From Escherichia coli (GTDB lineage: Bacteria; Pseudomonadota; Gammaproteobacteria; Enterobacterales; Enterobacteriaceae), in the NCBI RefSeq assembly GCF_024298765.1, contig NZ_CP101212.1: a stretch of DNA of 64,000 nt. One strand, 5' to 3'. Made by a program: the position numbers and the translations under genes. The notes beneath the pieces are model-generated. The model was given only the letters and a program-made list of their open reading frames with translations, did no database searches and had not been told where the DNA came from. Shown piece after piece: positions 24,916 to 36,365 of the stretch (position 1 is its first letter; every line of letters begins with the position of its first letter).

Positions 24916-25389
24916 TTAGCCTTTTTTCCAAATCTGGTATGTATAATTTATATTAGACATAAAAAACTGTTCAAAAACCAAATTGAAATTCTCAGGCATT
25001 ATAGGGAATTTGATATCACCTTCGACTTCAACGTGAACAGTAGACAAATGAATTATATCTGCTTTTTCAATAAGGCTATTATAGATTTGACCCCCGCCAG
25101 AGACATATACATGATCTGTAACTTTTGATAGCTCTTTCAAAGCATTTTCTATTGAAGGAAAAACTAGGACGTTTTCATTTGAGCTTGAAATTCCGTTCTT
25201 TGACACTACTGCATATTTGCGATTTGGAAGAACACCCATAGAGTCAAATGTTTTTCTTCCGACAAGGAGCCATTGATTATATGTGAGCGCTTTAAAGAGT
25301 AGTTGCTCACCTTTTACTGACCACGGGATATCAGGACCACTACCGATTACGCCATTTTCTGACACTGCAGAAATCAATGATATTTTCAA
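24916..25389 (-). CDS. dfrA17: Trimethoprim-resistant dihydrofolate reductase, DfrA17-like cassette (TTG/GTG start)
   Basis: (M)[15 protein letters not shown]... about 157 aa DHFR; first cassette next to attI1. Confidence 0.75.
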   Translation of the reverse strand: MKISLISAVSENGVIGSGPDIPWSVKGEQLLFKALTYNQWLLVGRKTFDSMGVLPNRKYAVVSKNGISSSNENVLVFPSIENALKELSKVTDHVYVSGGGQIYNSLIEKADIIHLSTVHVEVEGDIKFPIMPENFNLVFEQFFMSNINYTYQIWKKG

Positions 25390-25546
25390 TTTAACTCCCT
25401 TAATGGCTAACTTTGTTTTAGGGCGACTGCCCTGCTGCGTAACATCGTTGCTGCTCCATAACATCAAACATCGACCCACGGCGTAACGCGCTTGCTGCTT
25501 GGATGCCCGAGGCATAGACTGTACAAAAAAACAGTCATAACAAGCC
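25390..25546. promoter_or_regulatory. Class 1 integron attI1 and cassette promoter region
   Basis: Position between intI1 start and first cassette; not dissected base by base. Confidence 0.4.
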
Positions 25547-26560
25547 ATGAAAACCGCCACTGCGCCGTTACCACCGCTGCGTTCGGTCAAGGTTCTGGAC
25601 CAGTTGCGTGAGCGCATACGCTACTTGCATTACAGTTTACGAACCGAACAGGCTTATGTCCACTGGGTTCGTGCCTTCATCCGTTTCCACGGTGTGCGTC
25701 ACCCGGCAACCTTGGGCAGCAGCGAAGTCGAGGCATTTCTGTCCTGGCTGGCGAACGAGCGCAAGGTTTCGGTCTCCACGCATCGTCAGGCATTGGCGGC
25801 CTTGCTGTTCTTCTACGGCAAGGTGCTGTGCACGGATCTGCCCTGGCTTCAGGAGATCGGAAGACCTCGGCCGTCGCGGCGCTTGCCGGTGGTGCTGACC
25901 CCGGATGAAGTGGTTCGCATCCTCGGTTTTCTGGAAGGCGAGCATCGTTTGTTCGCCCAGCTTCTGTATGGAACGGGCATGCGGATCAGTGAGGGTTTGC
26001 AACTGCGGGTCAAGGATCTGGATTTCGATCACGGCACGATCATCGTGCGGGAGGGCAAGGGCTCCAAGGATCGGGCCTTGATGTTACCCGAGAGCTTGGC
26101 ACCCAGCCTGCGCGAGCAGCTGTCGCGTGCACGGGCATGGTGGCTGAAGGACCAGGCCGAGGGCCGCAGCGGCGTTGCGCTTCCCGACGCCCTTGAGCGG
26201 AAGTATCCGCGCGCCGGGCATTCCTGGCCGTGGTTCTGGGTTTTTGCGCAGCACACGCATTCGACCGATCCACGGAGCGGTGTCGTGCGTCGCCATCACA
26301 TGTATGACCAGACCTTTCAGCGCGCCTTCAAACGTGCCGTAGAACAAGCAGGCATCACGAAGCCCGCCACACCGCACACCCTCCGCCACTCGTTCGCGAC
26401 GGCCTTGCTCCGCAGCGGTTACGACATTCGAACCGTGCAGGATCTGCTCGGCCATTCCGACGTCTCTACGACGATGATTTACACGCATGTGCTGAAAGTT
26501 GGCGGTGCCGGAGTGCGCTCACCGCTTGATGCGCTGCCGCCCCTCACTAGTGAGAGGTAG
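25547..26560 (+). CDS. intI1: Class 1 integron integrase
   Basis: 337 aa, recognised as IntI1 ([44 protein letters not shown]...). Confidence 0.9.
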
Positions 26561-26737
26561 GGCAGCGCAAGTCAATCCTGGCGGATTCACTACCCCTGCG
26601 CGAAGGCCATCGGTGCCGCATCGAACGGCCGGTTGCGGAAAGTCCTCCCTGCGTCCGCTGATGGCCGGCAGCAGCCCGTCGTTGCCTGATGGATCCAACC
26701 CCTCCGCTGCTATAGTGCAGTCGGCTTCTGACGTTCA

Positions 26738-26762
26738 GTGCAGCCGTCTTCTGAAAACGACA
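26738..26762. repeat. Class 1 integron IRi (25-bp terminal inverted repeat)
   Basis: tgcagccgtcttctgaaaacgaca read directly. Confidence 0.5.
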
Positions 26763-27237
26763 ATGGAGGTGGTAGCCGAGGGTGTGGAAACACCCGACTG
26801 CCTTGCGTGGTTGCGGCAGGCGGGTTGCGGCACGGTGCAGGGTTTCCTGTTCGCCAGGCCGATGCCGGCGGCGGCCTTCGTCGGCTTCGTCAACCAATGG
26901 AGGAACACCACCATGAACGCCAATGAACCGAGCACCAGTTGCTGCGTGTGCTGCAAGGAAATCCCGCTCGATGCCGCCTTCACGCCGGAAGGGGCCGAGT
27001 ACGTGGAGCATTTCTGCGGGCTGGAGTGCTATCAGCGCTTCCAGGCGCGGGCCAGCACTGCGACCGAAACCAGCGTCAAACCGGACGCTTGTGATTCGCC
27101 GCCGTCAGGTTGAGGCATACCCTAACCTGATGTCAGATGCCATGTGTAAATTGCGTCAGGATAGGATTGAATTTTGAATTTATTGACATATCTCGTTGAA
27201 GGTCATAGAGTCTTCCCTGACATTTTGCAGGGAATTC
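26763..27237 (+). other. Tn21-type urf2/tnpM remnant and res site
   Basis: Sequence between IRi and the tnpR start includes AT-rich res-like region tgtaaattgcgtcaggataggattgaattttgaatttattgacatatctcg. Confidence 0.4.
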
Positions 27238-27269
27238 CATGACTGGACAGCGCATTGGGTATATCAGGG
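27238..27269 (+). pseudogene. tnpR: tnpR (Tn21-type resolvase) 5' stub cut by IS26
   Basis: atgactggacagcgcattgggtatatcagg encodes MTGQRIGYIR, then the IS26 end begins. Confidence 0.5.
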
Positions 27270-28089
27270 GGCACTGTTGCAAAGTTAGCGATGAGGCAGC
27301 CTTTTGTCTTATTCAAAGGCCTTACATTTCAAAAACTCTGCTTACCAGGCGCATTTCGCCCAGGGGATCACCATAATAAAATGCTGAGGCCTGGCCTTTG
27401 CGTAGTGCACGCATCACCTCAATACCTTTGATGGTGGCGTAAGCCGTCTTCATGGATTTAAATCCCAGCGTGGCGCCGATTATCCGTTTCAGTTTGCCAT
27501 GATCGCATTCAATCACGTTGTTCCGGTACTTAATCTGTCGGTGTTCAACGTCAGACGGGCACCGGCCTTCGCGTTTGAGCAGAGCAAGCGCGCGACCATA
27601 GGCGGGCGCTTTATCCGTGTTGATGAATCGCGGGATCTGCCACTTCTTCACGTTGTTGAGGATTTTACCCAGAAACCGGTATGCAGCTTTGCTGTTACGA
27701 CGGGAGGAGAGATAAAAATCGACAGTGCGGCCCCGGCTGTCGACGGCCCGGTACAGATACGCCCAGCGGCCATTGACCTTCACGTAGGTTTCATCCATGT
27801 GCCACGGGCAAAGATCGGAAGGGTTACGCCAGTACCAGCGCAGCCGTTTTTCCATTTCAGGCGCATAACGCTGAACCCAGCGGTAAATCGTGGAGTGATC
27901 GACATTCACTCCGCGTTCAGCCAGCATCTCCTGCAGCTCACGGTAACTGATGCCGTATTTGCAGTACCAGCGTACGGCCCACAGAATGATGTCACGCTGA
28001 AAATGCCGGCCTTTGAATGGGTTCATGTGCAGCTCCATCAGCAAAAGGGGATGATAAGTTTATCACCACCGACTATTTGCAACAGTGCC
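27270..28089 (-). mobile_element. IS26, inverted relative to the copy at 23073
   Basis: Terminal repeats at both ends; identical transposase. Confidence 0.9.
27322..28026 (-). CDS. tnpA: IS26 transposase
   Basis: Identical 234-aa product. Confidence 0.9.
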   Translation of the reverse strand: MNPFKGRHFQRDIILWAVRWYCKYGISYRELQEMLAERGVNVDHSTIYRWVQRYAPEMEKRLRWYWRNPSDLCPWHMDETYVKVNGRWAYLYRAVDSRGRTVDFYLSSRRNSKAAYRFLGKILNNVKKWQIPRFINTDKAPAYGRALALLKREGRCPSDVEHRQIKYRNNVIECDHGKLKRIIGATLGFKSMKTAYATIKGIEVMRALRKGQASAFYYGDPLGEMRLVSRVFEM

Positions 28090-28683
28090 TCTTTCTTATC
28101 CAGTTATACTGGATTTTATTAGATGATCACCCTACCCTGCAGCAGTACGCTGACGGTGTTTTTTTGGGAGAACCATTATGAATAACGTCATCTTTGATTG
28201 GTATTTATCTAGGCAAAAATTCATTCAACGTCCACTGCCAAGATGCAACAGGCAGAGTCCTTAACTGTCAGAATCCAAGTGCTCGAAATTATTCGAATTC
28301 CTTACTAATTCCTCCTACACAACTATTGTTATGGAAGCTTGCGAAGATGCTCACTATATGGCACGGAAATTTTCGGAAATGCGTCATAAAACAAAGCTAA
28401 TACCTCCTCATTTTGTCCAACCCTTCGTTAAAATTAATAAAAATGATTTCTTTGAGGCTGAAACCATATGTGAAGTTACATCAAGCCATCAATGAGATTT
28501 GTAGCATTAGGAGCTGAATCCCAGCAGAGGATTCCACTTTTCATCCGTCGTTGACAATGGCCTTGAAAAACGCCGTTACTCACCGTTCTCCTTCACGGTA
28601 ATACGCAGTTATAGTTGCAGAGCAATGTAATGGATCTTTTATATTAAGAAATTGTGTGAGTGGAGAGGTGCATAGATTTGCCC

Positions 28684-29408
28684 CTATATTTCCAGACACC
28701 TGTTATCACTTAACCCATTACAAGCCCGCTGCCGTAGATATTCCCGTGGCGAGCGATAACCCAGTGCACTATGCGGATGCCATTCGTTATAATGCTCGAA
28801 CGCCTCTGCAAGGTTCTTTGCTGCCGTTAACCCGTCTGGTTTGGGCATGACACTGATGTAGTCACGCTTTATCGTTTTCACGAAGCTCTCTGCTATGCCG
28901 TTACTCTCCGGACTCCGCACCGCCGTGCTCTTCGGTTCAAGCCCCAACATCCGGGCAAACTGCCGTGTTTCATTAGCCCGGTAGCATGAACCATTATCCG
29001 TCAGCCACTCCACTGGAGACGCCGGAAGCTCGTTGCCGAAGCGGCGTTCCACCGCTCCCAGCATGACGTCCTGTACTGTTTCACTGTTGAAGCCGCCGGT
29101 AGTGACCGCCCAGTGCAGTGCCTCACGATCACAGCAGTCCAGCGCGAACGTGACACGCAGTCTCTCTCCGTTATCACAGCAGAACTCGAACCCGTCAGAG
29201 CACCATCGCTGATTGCTTTCTTTCACGGCCACTCTGCCTGTATGTGCCCGTTTCGATGGCGGTACAGCAGGTTTTCGCTCAAGCAACAGCGCATTCTGGC
29301 GCATGATCCGGTAAACACGTTTGGCATTGATCGCAGGCATACCATCAAGTTTTGCCTGTCTGCGAAGCAGCGCCCATACCCGACGATAACCATACGTGGG
29401 CAGCTCTC
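28684..29408 (-). pseudogene. IS2 orfB (InsD) 3' part, separated from its 5' part (30667..30850) by IS3
   Basis: InsD sequence reads into the IS3 end at 29409. Confidence 0.75.
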
Positions 29409-29464
29409 TGAGCTTACCCAGCAATAGTGGACACGCGGCTAAGTGAGTAAACTCTCAGTCAGAG

Positions 29465-29773
29465 GTGACTCACATGACAAAAACAGTATCAACCAGTAAA
29501 AAACCCCGTAAACAGCATTCGCCTGAATTTCGCAGTGAAGCCCTGAAGCTTGCTGAACGCATCGGTGTTACTGCCGCAGCCCGTGAACTCAGCCTGTATG
29601 AATCACAGCTCTACAACTGGCGCAGTAAACAGCAAAATCAGCAGACGTCTTCTGAACGTGAACTGGAGATGTCTACCGAGATTGCACGTCTCAAACGCCA
29701 GCTGGCAGAACGGGATGAAGAGCTGGCTATCCTCCAAAAGGCCGCGACATACTTCGCGAAGCGCCTGAAATGA
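29465..29773 (+). CDS. IS3 OrfA
   Basis: 102 aa [31 protein letters not shown]... Confidence 0.85.
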   Translation: MTHMTKTVSTSKKPRKQHSPEFRSEALKLAERIGVTAAARELSLYESQLYNWRSKQQNQQTSSERELEMSTEIARLKRQLAERDEELAILQKAATYFAKRLK

Positions 29774-30636
29774 AGTATGTCTTTATTGAAAAACATCAGG
29801 CTGAGTTCAGCATCAAAGCAATGTGCCGCGTGCTCCGGGTGGCCCGCAGCGGCTGGTATACGTGGTGTCAGCGGCGGACAAGGATAAGCACGCGTCAGCA
29901 GTTCCGCCAACACTGCGACAGCGTTGTCCTCGCGGCTTTTACCCGGTCAAAACAGCGTTACGGTGCCCCACGCCTGACGGATGAACTGCGTGCTCAGGGT
30001 TACCCCTTTAACGTAAAAACCGTGGCGGCAAGCCTGCGCCGTCAGGGACTGAGGGCAAAGGCCTCCCGGAAGTTCAGCCCGGTCAGCTACCGCGCACACG
30101 GCCTGCCTGTGTCAGAAAATCTGTTGGAGCAGGATTTTTACGCCAGTGGCCCGAACCAGAAGTGGGCAGGAGACATCACGTACTTACGTACAGATGAAGG
30201 CTGGCTGTATCTGGCAGTGGTCATTGACCTGTGGTCACGTGCCGTTATTGGCTGGTCAATGTCGCCACGCATGACGGCGCAACTGGCCTGCGATGCCCTG
30301 CAGATGGCGCTGTGGCGGCGTAAGAGGCCCCGGAACGTTATCGTTCACACGGACCGTGGAGGCCAGTACTGTTCAGCAGATTATCAGGCGCAACTGAAGC
30401 GGCATAATCTGCGTGGAAGTATGAGCGCAAAAGGTTGCTGCTACGATAATGCCTGCGTGGAAAGCTTCTTTCATTCGCTGAAAGTGGAATGTATCCATGG
30501 AGAACACTTTATCAGCCGGGAAATAATGCGGGCAACGGTGTTTAATTATATCGAATGTGATTACAATCGGTGGCGGCGGCACAGTTGGTGTGGCGGCCTC
30601 AGTCCGGAACAATTTGAAAACCAGAACCTCGCTTAG
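29770..30636 (+). CDS. IS3 OrfB (DDE transposase domain)
   Basis: 288 aa with DDE core; overlaps orfA in -1 frame. Confidence 0.85.
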   Translation: MKYVFIEKHQAEFSIKAMCRVLRVARSGWYTWCQRRTRISTRQQFRQHCDSVVLAAFTRSKQRYGAPRLTDELRAQGYPFNVKTVAASLRRQGLRAKASRKFSPVSYRAHGLPVSENLLEQDFYASGPNQKWAGDITYLRTDEGWLYLAVVIDLWSRAVIGWSMSPRMTAQLACDALQMALWRRKRPRNVIVHTDRGGQYCSADYQAQLKRHNLRGSMSAKGCCYDNACVESFFHSLKVECIHGEHFISREIMRATVFNYIECDYNRWRRHSWCGGLSPEQFENQNLA

Positions 30637-30807
30637 GCCTGTGTCCATATTACGTGGGTAGGATCACTCCGATAACATGGTGTATACGGAGAAGCACATC
30701 CGTATCATCAGTGTGACGACTGCGGCGGCCATCCATCCAGTCATCGGTTCGTCTGAGAATGACGTGCAACTGCGCACGCGACACCCGGAGACAACGGCTG
30801 ACTAAGC

Positions 30808-31173
30808 TTACTCCCCATCCCCGGGCAATAAGGGCGCGTGCGCTATCCACTTTTTTGCCCGTCCATATTCAACGGCTTCTTTGAGGAGTTCATTTTCCAT
30901 CGTTTTCTTGCCGAGCAGGCGCTGGAGTTCTTTAATCTGCTTCATGGCGGCAGCAAGTTCAGAGGCAGGAACAACCTGTTCTCCGGCGGCGACAGCAGTA
31001 AGACTTCCTTCCTGGTATTGCTTACGCCAGAGAAATAACTGGCTGGCTGCTACACCATGTTGCCGGGCAACGAGGGAGACCGTCATCCCCGGTTCAAAGC
31101 TCTGCTGAACAATTGCGATCTTTTCCTGTGTGGTACGCCGTCTGCGTTTCTCCGGCCCTAAGACATCAATCAT
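30808..31173 (-). CDS. IS2 OrfA (InsC)
   Basis: [41 protein letters not shown]... Confidence 0.8.
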
Positions 31174-31782
31174 CTGTTCTCCAATGACTAGTCTAAAAAC
31201 TAGTATTAAGACTATCACTTATTTAAGTGATACTGGTTGTCTGGAGATTCAGGGGGCCAGTCTAGTGCACGAATCCTAGAGGCAGAATGTTTCTCCACAT
31301 GCTTGTGGAGAAACCGCCGCATTTTGCCCGTTCTGTACGATACTCCGTAGCCAGAGATAAGATATTCTGTTGCTGTATGCTACATACATTACACTATACG
31401 AAATCAGGTCTGTTCAATCAGTAAGGAAATAAACGGACAAACGTTATGTAACCCAGACAGAGATATATTGTCTGGGAAAATAGTGGCTTTTGTGGCGAAA
31501 ACTAGTAAAACAGCAACCCGAACCACTTGATGTGCATCGTTTTTGATTATTCCCGTATACTCTTGCAGAAGGAGTTCTCCGTCGGGCTACTGTCATGGTT
31601 AATGCGGGGAATATGGCGACAATACAACACACCTAAAAGAGTAATGGACAGATGAAGCGGTTTATTCATTTCCCATGATTCTGAGTACCTACCAAGTCTG
31701 AGTAACCACTTTTATACTTTTAATTTTCGTTCATTTAGCTATCGTTTAATTATTATCACATAGGATTCTGCCGTTTTTAACA

Positions 31783-32091
31783 ATGCAGGATAATAAGATG
31801 AAAAAAATGTTATTTTCTGCCGCTCTGGCAATGCTTATTACAGGATGTGCTCAACAAACGTTTACTGTTGGAAACAAACCGACAGCAGTAACACCAAAGG
31901 AAACCATCACTCATCATTTCTTCGTTTCGGGAATTGGACAAGAGAAAACTGTTGATGCAGCCAAAATTTGTGGCGGTGCAGAAAATGTTGTTAAAACAGA
32001 AACTCAGCAAACATTCGTAAATGGATTGCTCGGTTTTATCACTTTTGGCATCTATACTCCGCTGGAAGCCCGGGTATATTGCTCACAATAG
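31783..32091 (+). CDS. iss: Iss/Bor-family serum-survival lipoprotein
   Basis: 102 aa with lipobox LITGC; recognised as Iss. Confidence 0.85.
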   Translation: MQDNKMKKMLFSAALAMLITGCAQQTFTVGNKPTAVTPKETITHHFFVSGIGQEKTVDAAKICGGAENVVKTETQQTFVNGLLGFITFGIYTPLEARVYCSQ

Positions 32092-32950
32092 TTGCCCATC
32101 GATATGGGGAGCTCATCTGCACTGTTCATTAATATACTTCTGGGCTCCCTACAGTTGTTTTTGCATAGTGATAAGCCTCTCTCTGAGGGAGGAAATAATC
32201 CTGTTCAGCGATGTCTGCCAGTCGGGGGGGCTGCATTATCCACGCCCGAGGCGGTGGTGGCTTCACGCGGGGATGGGCAGATTGATCTGATATGCAACCG
32301 ACGACGACCAGCGGCAACATCATCACGCAGAGCTTCATTTTCAGATTTGGGCCACCTTTTGATTTCTCGTTTAACTTTTGCAGTCACCAGACTGTGATTT
32401 ATTTTAACAAATCAATAGCTTTCATAAAATTCTCGAAGCTGAAAGCTTAACTGAACCAACCAGCCTGGCTGGTGTTTTCTAAAGACAAAAAGGCCATCAG
32501 CAAAACACTGATAGTCTGAATCACCTTTATCAATCATGTATGAAGAAAATATGCGCAATTAGTTGACAGTGATTATCATTTTCATTAAAAAGAGCGCGTA
32601 GCATTCTTATTTCATGAGGAAATTTACCCGCCAACAACCTGAGTAGCGAAAGCTGTTCATCCCCAATATTTTTGCTGGCGGGTTCTTTTTTCTACTGTCC
32701 TCCTCCCCAGAGGAAGCATTCCCATTAATCATTACTGGCGAGGAGGCAAGAGAAAAAGTCGGTTCTTTGTCCCTAAATAACAGCATCATTTCAGTCCATG
32801 CAAAATCTGATTTACCAGCTCACATAATAACCTGATGATACACAGTGTAAGTTCACAGAGATATTGCAATTGCCTCCGGATAAGTAAGGGGAGATTGCAC
32901 TATGCAAATGCAGCACCTGAGGTTGGCTATCCTAAGCAGCCGATTATGCG

Positions 32951-34001
32951 TTGAGGCTTTCAGTGATGGCTGATATAGCAACAATGAGAATGAAGGCTCT
33001 GCACTTCTGGGATAAACACGGTATTTCTGCAGCTTCTGAAGCCTTTGGCGTATCCTGCCGCACGCTTTACTGGTGGCGTCAGTTACTGAACAAGGGAGGA
33101 CCTGAGGGGCTAATCCCGCACAGTAAGGCACCTCTGGTGCGACGAAAAAAGCACTGGCATCCCGATGTGCTGAAAGAGATTCGACGCCTCAGGACAGAGC
33201 TGCCGAACCTCGGTAAAGAGCAGATTTTTGTTCGCCTGAAGCCCTGGTGCGCATAACGCCATCAGACCTGCCCGAGTGTTTCCACCATCGGCAGAATGAT
33301 CGCCACCGCACACGATAAAATGCGGATGATACCAGTACGTCTGAGCTCGCGGGGTAAGGCTCTGCTTGTCAAAAAGCGAACCACCAAACCCCCGCAGGCC
33401 AAAGCACTACCGTCCGGTAAAGACAGGAGAGCTCATTGGGATGGACGCCATTGAGCTCAGAATGGGTGAAATGCGTCGCTATATCATTACCATGATCGAC
33501 GAACACAGCGATTACGTACTGGCGCTGGCTGTGCCGTCGCTCAACAGTGATATCGTCAATCACTTTTTCAGCCGTGCAGCCCGGCTGTTCCCTGTCGGTA
33601 TCAGCCAGATCATCACAGATAACGGGAAAGAGTTCCTGGGAAGCTTTGACAAAACGCTGCAGGAAGCCGCCATCAAACACCTCTGGACCTATCCCTACAC
33701 GCCAAAAATGAACGCTATCTGTGAACGTTTTAACCGGGCATTAAGAGAGCAATTCATTGAATTTAATGAAATTTTACTCTTTGAGGATCTGGCGTTGTTT
33801 AACCTGAAACTGGCGGAATATCTGGCGCTGTATAACAGCAAAAGACTCCACAAGGCGCTCGCACTAACGACGCCCGTGGAATATATTTTAAAAGAGAACA
33901 AAAATTGCAATATGTGGTGGACCCATACACAGCAAACGCACAGGCCGCCCCGGTTGGGTAGATATGTGGGATGGCTGGTTCAGACTTCAGGATATGGTTG
34001 A
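32951..34001 (+). pseudogene. DDE transposase (HTH + rve core) split into two ORFs
   Basis: 32951..33256 HTH part and 33366..34001 core (ITDNGKEF...ERFNR) in different frames. Confidence 0.45.
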
Positions 34002-34770
34002 GGCTGGTGATGAAGTCTCTTTATCAGGAGATCTGATCAAGAGACAGCCGCGCAGGGGGATTCACTATGCTGGATTCTTTTAACAAATTCTCCGCTAACC
34101 AAAAAATAGACTTTTTGCATTCGTAAATGCGTTAAGAGATAATTTTTAAAGTTCCATCAATCTCCCGGCCAGTTCGTCTCGCGGCATTACTCACTATCCG
34201 CACAACTTCAGTAAGATCATGACTTTTTCAATCGTTATCTGTTGACCAAGCTTTGAAACCACTAGCGTCCCGTCAACCTGACCTGGAATCGTCGAGAACC
34301 GCCCATAGTTGTGAATTGGCTAGAGTGTGATGGAAAGCAACGCTAAACGACCTAGTCACACATTCTCTTTTCCCTAACAATGACCATTTAGTGAAATAAC
34401 GTATCCAAAATGATGACGTGAAAGCCTGACACTGGCAGCGAAAAGCCGAAAAAACTCACCTGGTCAGGAGCAAAAATCGGATTATTCGCCAACAGCGTAA
34501 TATCAGCAGTAGTTCTCGACACGCTTGCGCTATAGACAGAGGATGAAACGCTGCTGGTCGGAGTTCTCTATACATTTTTGGCGACGGCAGAACCGCTCAC
34601 CAATGCCTTAACGTCTATCAGCCTTCCGGTGAGTTGGAACAGCATGCTCAGCGTTTGCAAGATATTCTCCACGGTCTGTAGCAGCGTAGGTTTCAATTTA
34701 AATATCCCCAGATAGCCCTCTGGGAGCTTCCCTTTTTATTAAGTTTTAATTACCGTTGCAATAGTTAAAT

Positions 34771-34795
34771 GATATTGGTAATTATTATCATTAGC
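34771..34795. promoter_or_regulatory. Fur-box-like sequence upstream of iroB
   Basis: gatattggtaattattatcattagc; rather far (about 440 bp) from the iroB ATG. Confidence 0.3.
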
Positions 34796-35236
34796 ATTTG
34801 TGTCTGTGTTGTTTCTGGTAAGGCTGAAAGGGAACAAACATCGCCTGTACAACGGCGTTTTTACTTACAGACCAGCGAAGGCGAGACTATCAGGATGATG
34901 CATCGTGTGTCTAAGAAATCACGGTTCTTTCCAGATTCGTTGTTCGGTCTAACACTGCACAAATGCGTCAGAACATCCCGGCGTAGCTGTCCGACGCCAT
35001 TTGGGCTGTTCAACAGGACAATGGCGCGTAAGCGTTAATGGAAGTGGGGATACGGAGTTCCCTGTTCACCTGTGTATGTCACGGAAAAGTCTCTGACTGA
35101 GCTGTCCATAACGCTGGTGAAGCACAAATGGCGCAGCATCTGGTAAAGCAGGTTTAACGAAAAGTCGTGTCCTGCTGCTGGCATATGAGTGCGTCGACTG
35201 CCTGATTTAGATCGTCAAGCGGAGAGGGATTTTCTC

Positions 35237-36352
35237 ATGCGTATTTTGTTTGTAGGCCCGCCTCTCTATGGGCTGTTGTATCCTGTGCTGTCTCTGGCGC
35301 AGGCATTTCGCGTTAACGGTCATGAAGTGCTGATCGCCAGTGGAGGACAATTCGCACAAAAAGCGGCAGAGGCCGGGTTGGTGGTGTTTGACGCCGCACC
35401 CGGTCTGGATTCCGAAGCTGGTTACCGCCACCATGAGGCACAGCGGAAAAAAAGTAATATCGGAACCCAAATGGGCAACTTCTCATTCTTCAGCGAAGAA
35501 ATGGCCGACCATCTGGTGGAGTTTGCCGGACACTGGCGGCCTGACCTCATCATCTACCCTCCGCTCGGAGTCATCGGGCCGCTGATTGCCGCCAAATATG
35601 ATATACCGGTCGTGATGCAAACCGTAGGCTTCGGCCATACCCCCTGGCATATCAAGGGTGTAACGCGTTCGCTCACGGACGCCTATCGTCGCCACAATGT
35701 GGGGGCCACACCACGTGATATGGCCTGGATCGACGTAACACCGCCGAGTATGAGCATTCTGGAAAACGACGGTGAACCCATTATTCCGATGCAGTACGTC
35801 CCGTATAACGGTGGCGCGGTGTGGGAACCATGGTGGGAGAGAAGGCCCGAGCGTAAACGTCTGCTGGTGAGTCTCGGCACTGTCAAACCGATGGTTGACG
35901 GCCTTGATCTAATCGCCTGGGTTATGGATTCTGCCAGTGAGGTCGATGCCGAGATCATCCTGCATATTTCAGCCAATGCGCGGTCCGATTTGCGCTCGCT
36001 GCCGTCAAATGTTCGCCTGGTTGACTGGATACCCATGGGTGTCTTCCTCAACGGCGCAGATGGTTTCATTCATCATGGCGGAGCAGGCAATACCCTGACA
36101 GCGCTACACGCTGGTATTCCACAAATCGTCTTCGGCCAGGGAGCCGATCGCCCGGTAAATGCCCGCGTTGTTGCCGAACGCGGCTGCGGGATTATCCCTG
36201 GCGACGTCGGCCTGTCGAGTAACATGATCAATGCTTTCCTCAACAATCGCTCACTTCGCAAAGCCTCTGAAGAGGTAGCAGCGGAAATGGCGGCGCAACC
36301 CTGCCCAGGTGAAGTGGCGAAAAGCCTGATCACAATGGTACAGAAAGGGTAA
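35237..36352 (+). CDS. iroB: Enterobactin C-glucosyltransferase
   Basis: 371 aa from MRILFVGPPLYG...; GT1-family glycosyltransferase; first gene of iro cluster. Confidence 0.85.
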   Translation: MRILFVGPPLYGLLYPVLSLAQAFRVNGHEVLIASGGQFAQKAAEAGLVVFDAAPGLDSEAGYRHHEAQRKKSNIGTQMGNFSFFSEEMADHLVEFAGHWRPDLIIYPPLGVIGPLIAAKYDIPVVMQTVGFGHTPWHIKGVTRSLTDAYRRHNVGATPRDMAWIDVTPPSMSILENDGEPIIPMQYVPYNGGAVWEPWWERRPERKRLLVSLGTVKPMVDGLDLIAWVMDSASEVDAEIILHISANARSDLRSLPSNVRLVDWIPMGVFLNGADGFIHHGGAGNTLTALHAGIPQIVFGQGADRPVNARVVAERGCGIIPGDVGLSSNMINAFLNNRSLRKASEEVAAEMAAQPCPGEVAKSLITMVQKG

Positions 36353-36365
36353 CCACTACACCTTC

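Larger units (their letters stand above)
29409..30666 (+). mobile_element. IS3 (1258 bp) with 3-bp target duplication CTC
   Basis: Ends tgagcttacccagcaatagtgg... and ...ggcctgtgtccatattacgtgggtaggatca; CTC on both flanks. Confidence 0.85.
28673..31264 (-). mobile_element. IS2 interrupted by an IS3 insertion
   Basis: IS2 ends (tagatttgcccctatatttccagaca at 28673; ...agggggccagtcta at 31264); total length 2592 = 1331 + 1258 + 3. Confidence 0.8.

Noticed and set aside
26499-27113. 204-aa ORF and several other ORFs spanning the intI1 3' end, IRi and Tn21 remnant
   Set aside because: Crosses element boundaries (integron end into Tn21 sequence) in a GC-rich region; not a coherent gene.
32400-32720. 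Hairpins with T-runs downstream of iss (about 32457 and 32630)
   Set aside because: Could be terminators or a small RNA, but no supporting promoter or conservation evidence is available from the sequence alone.
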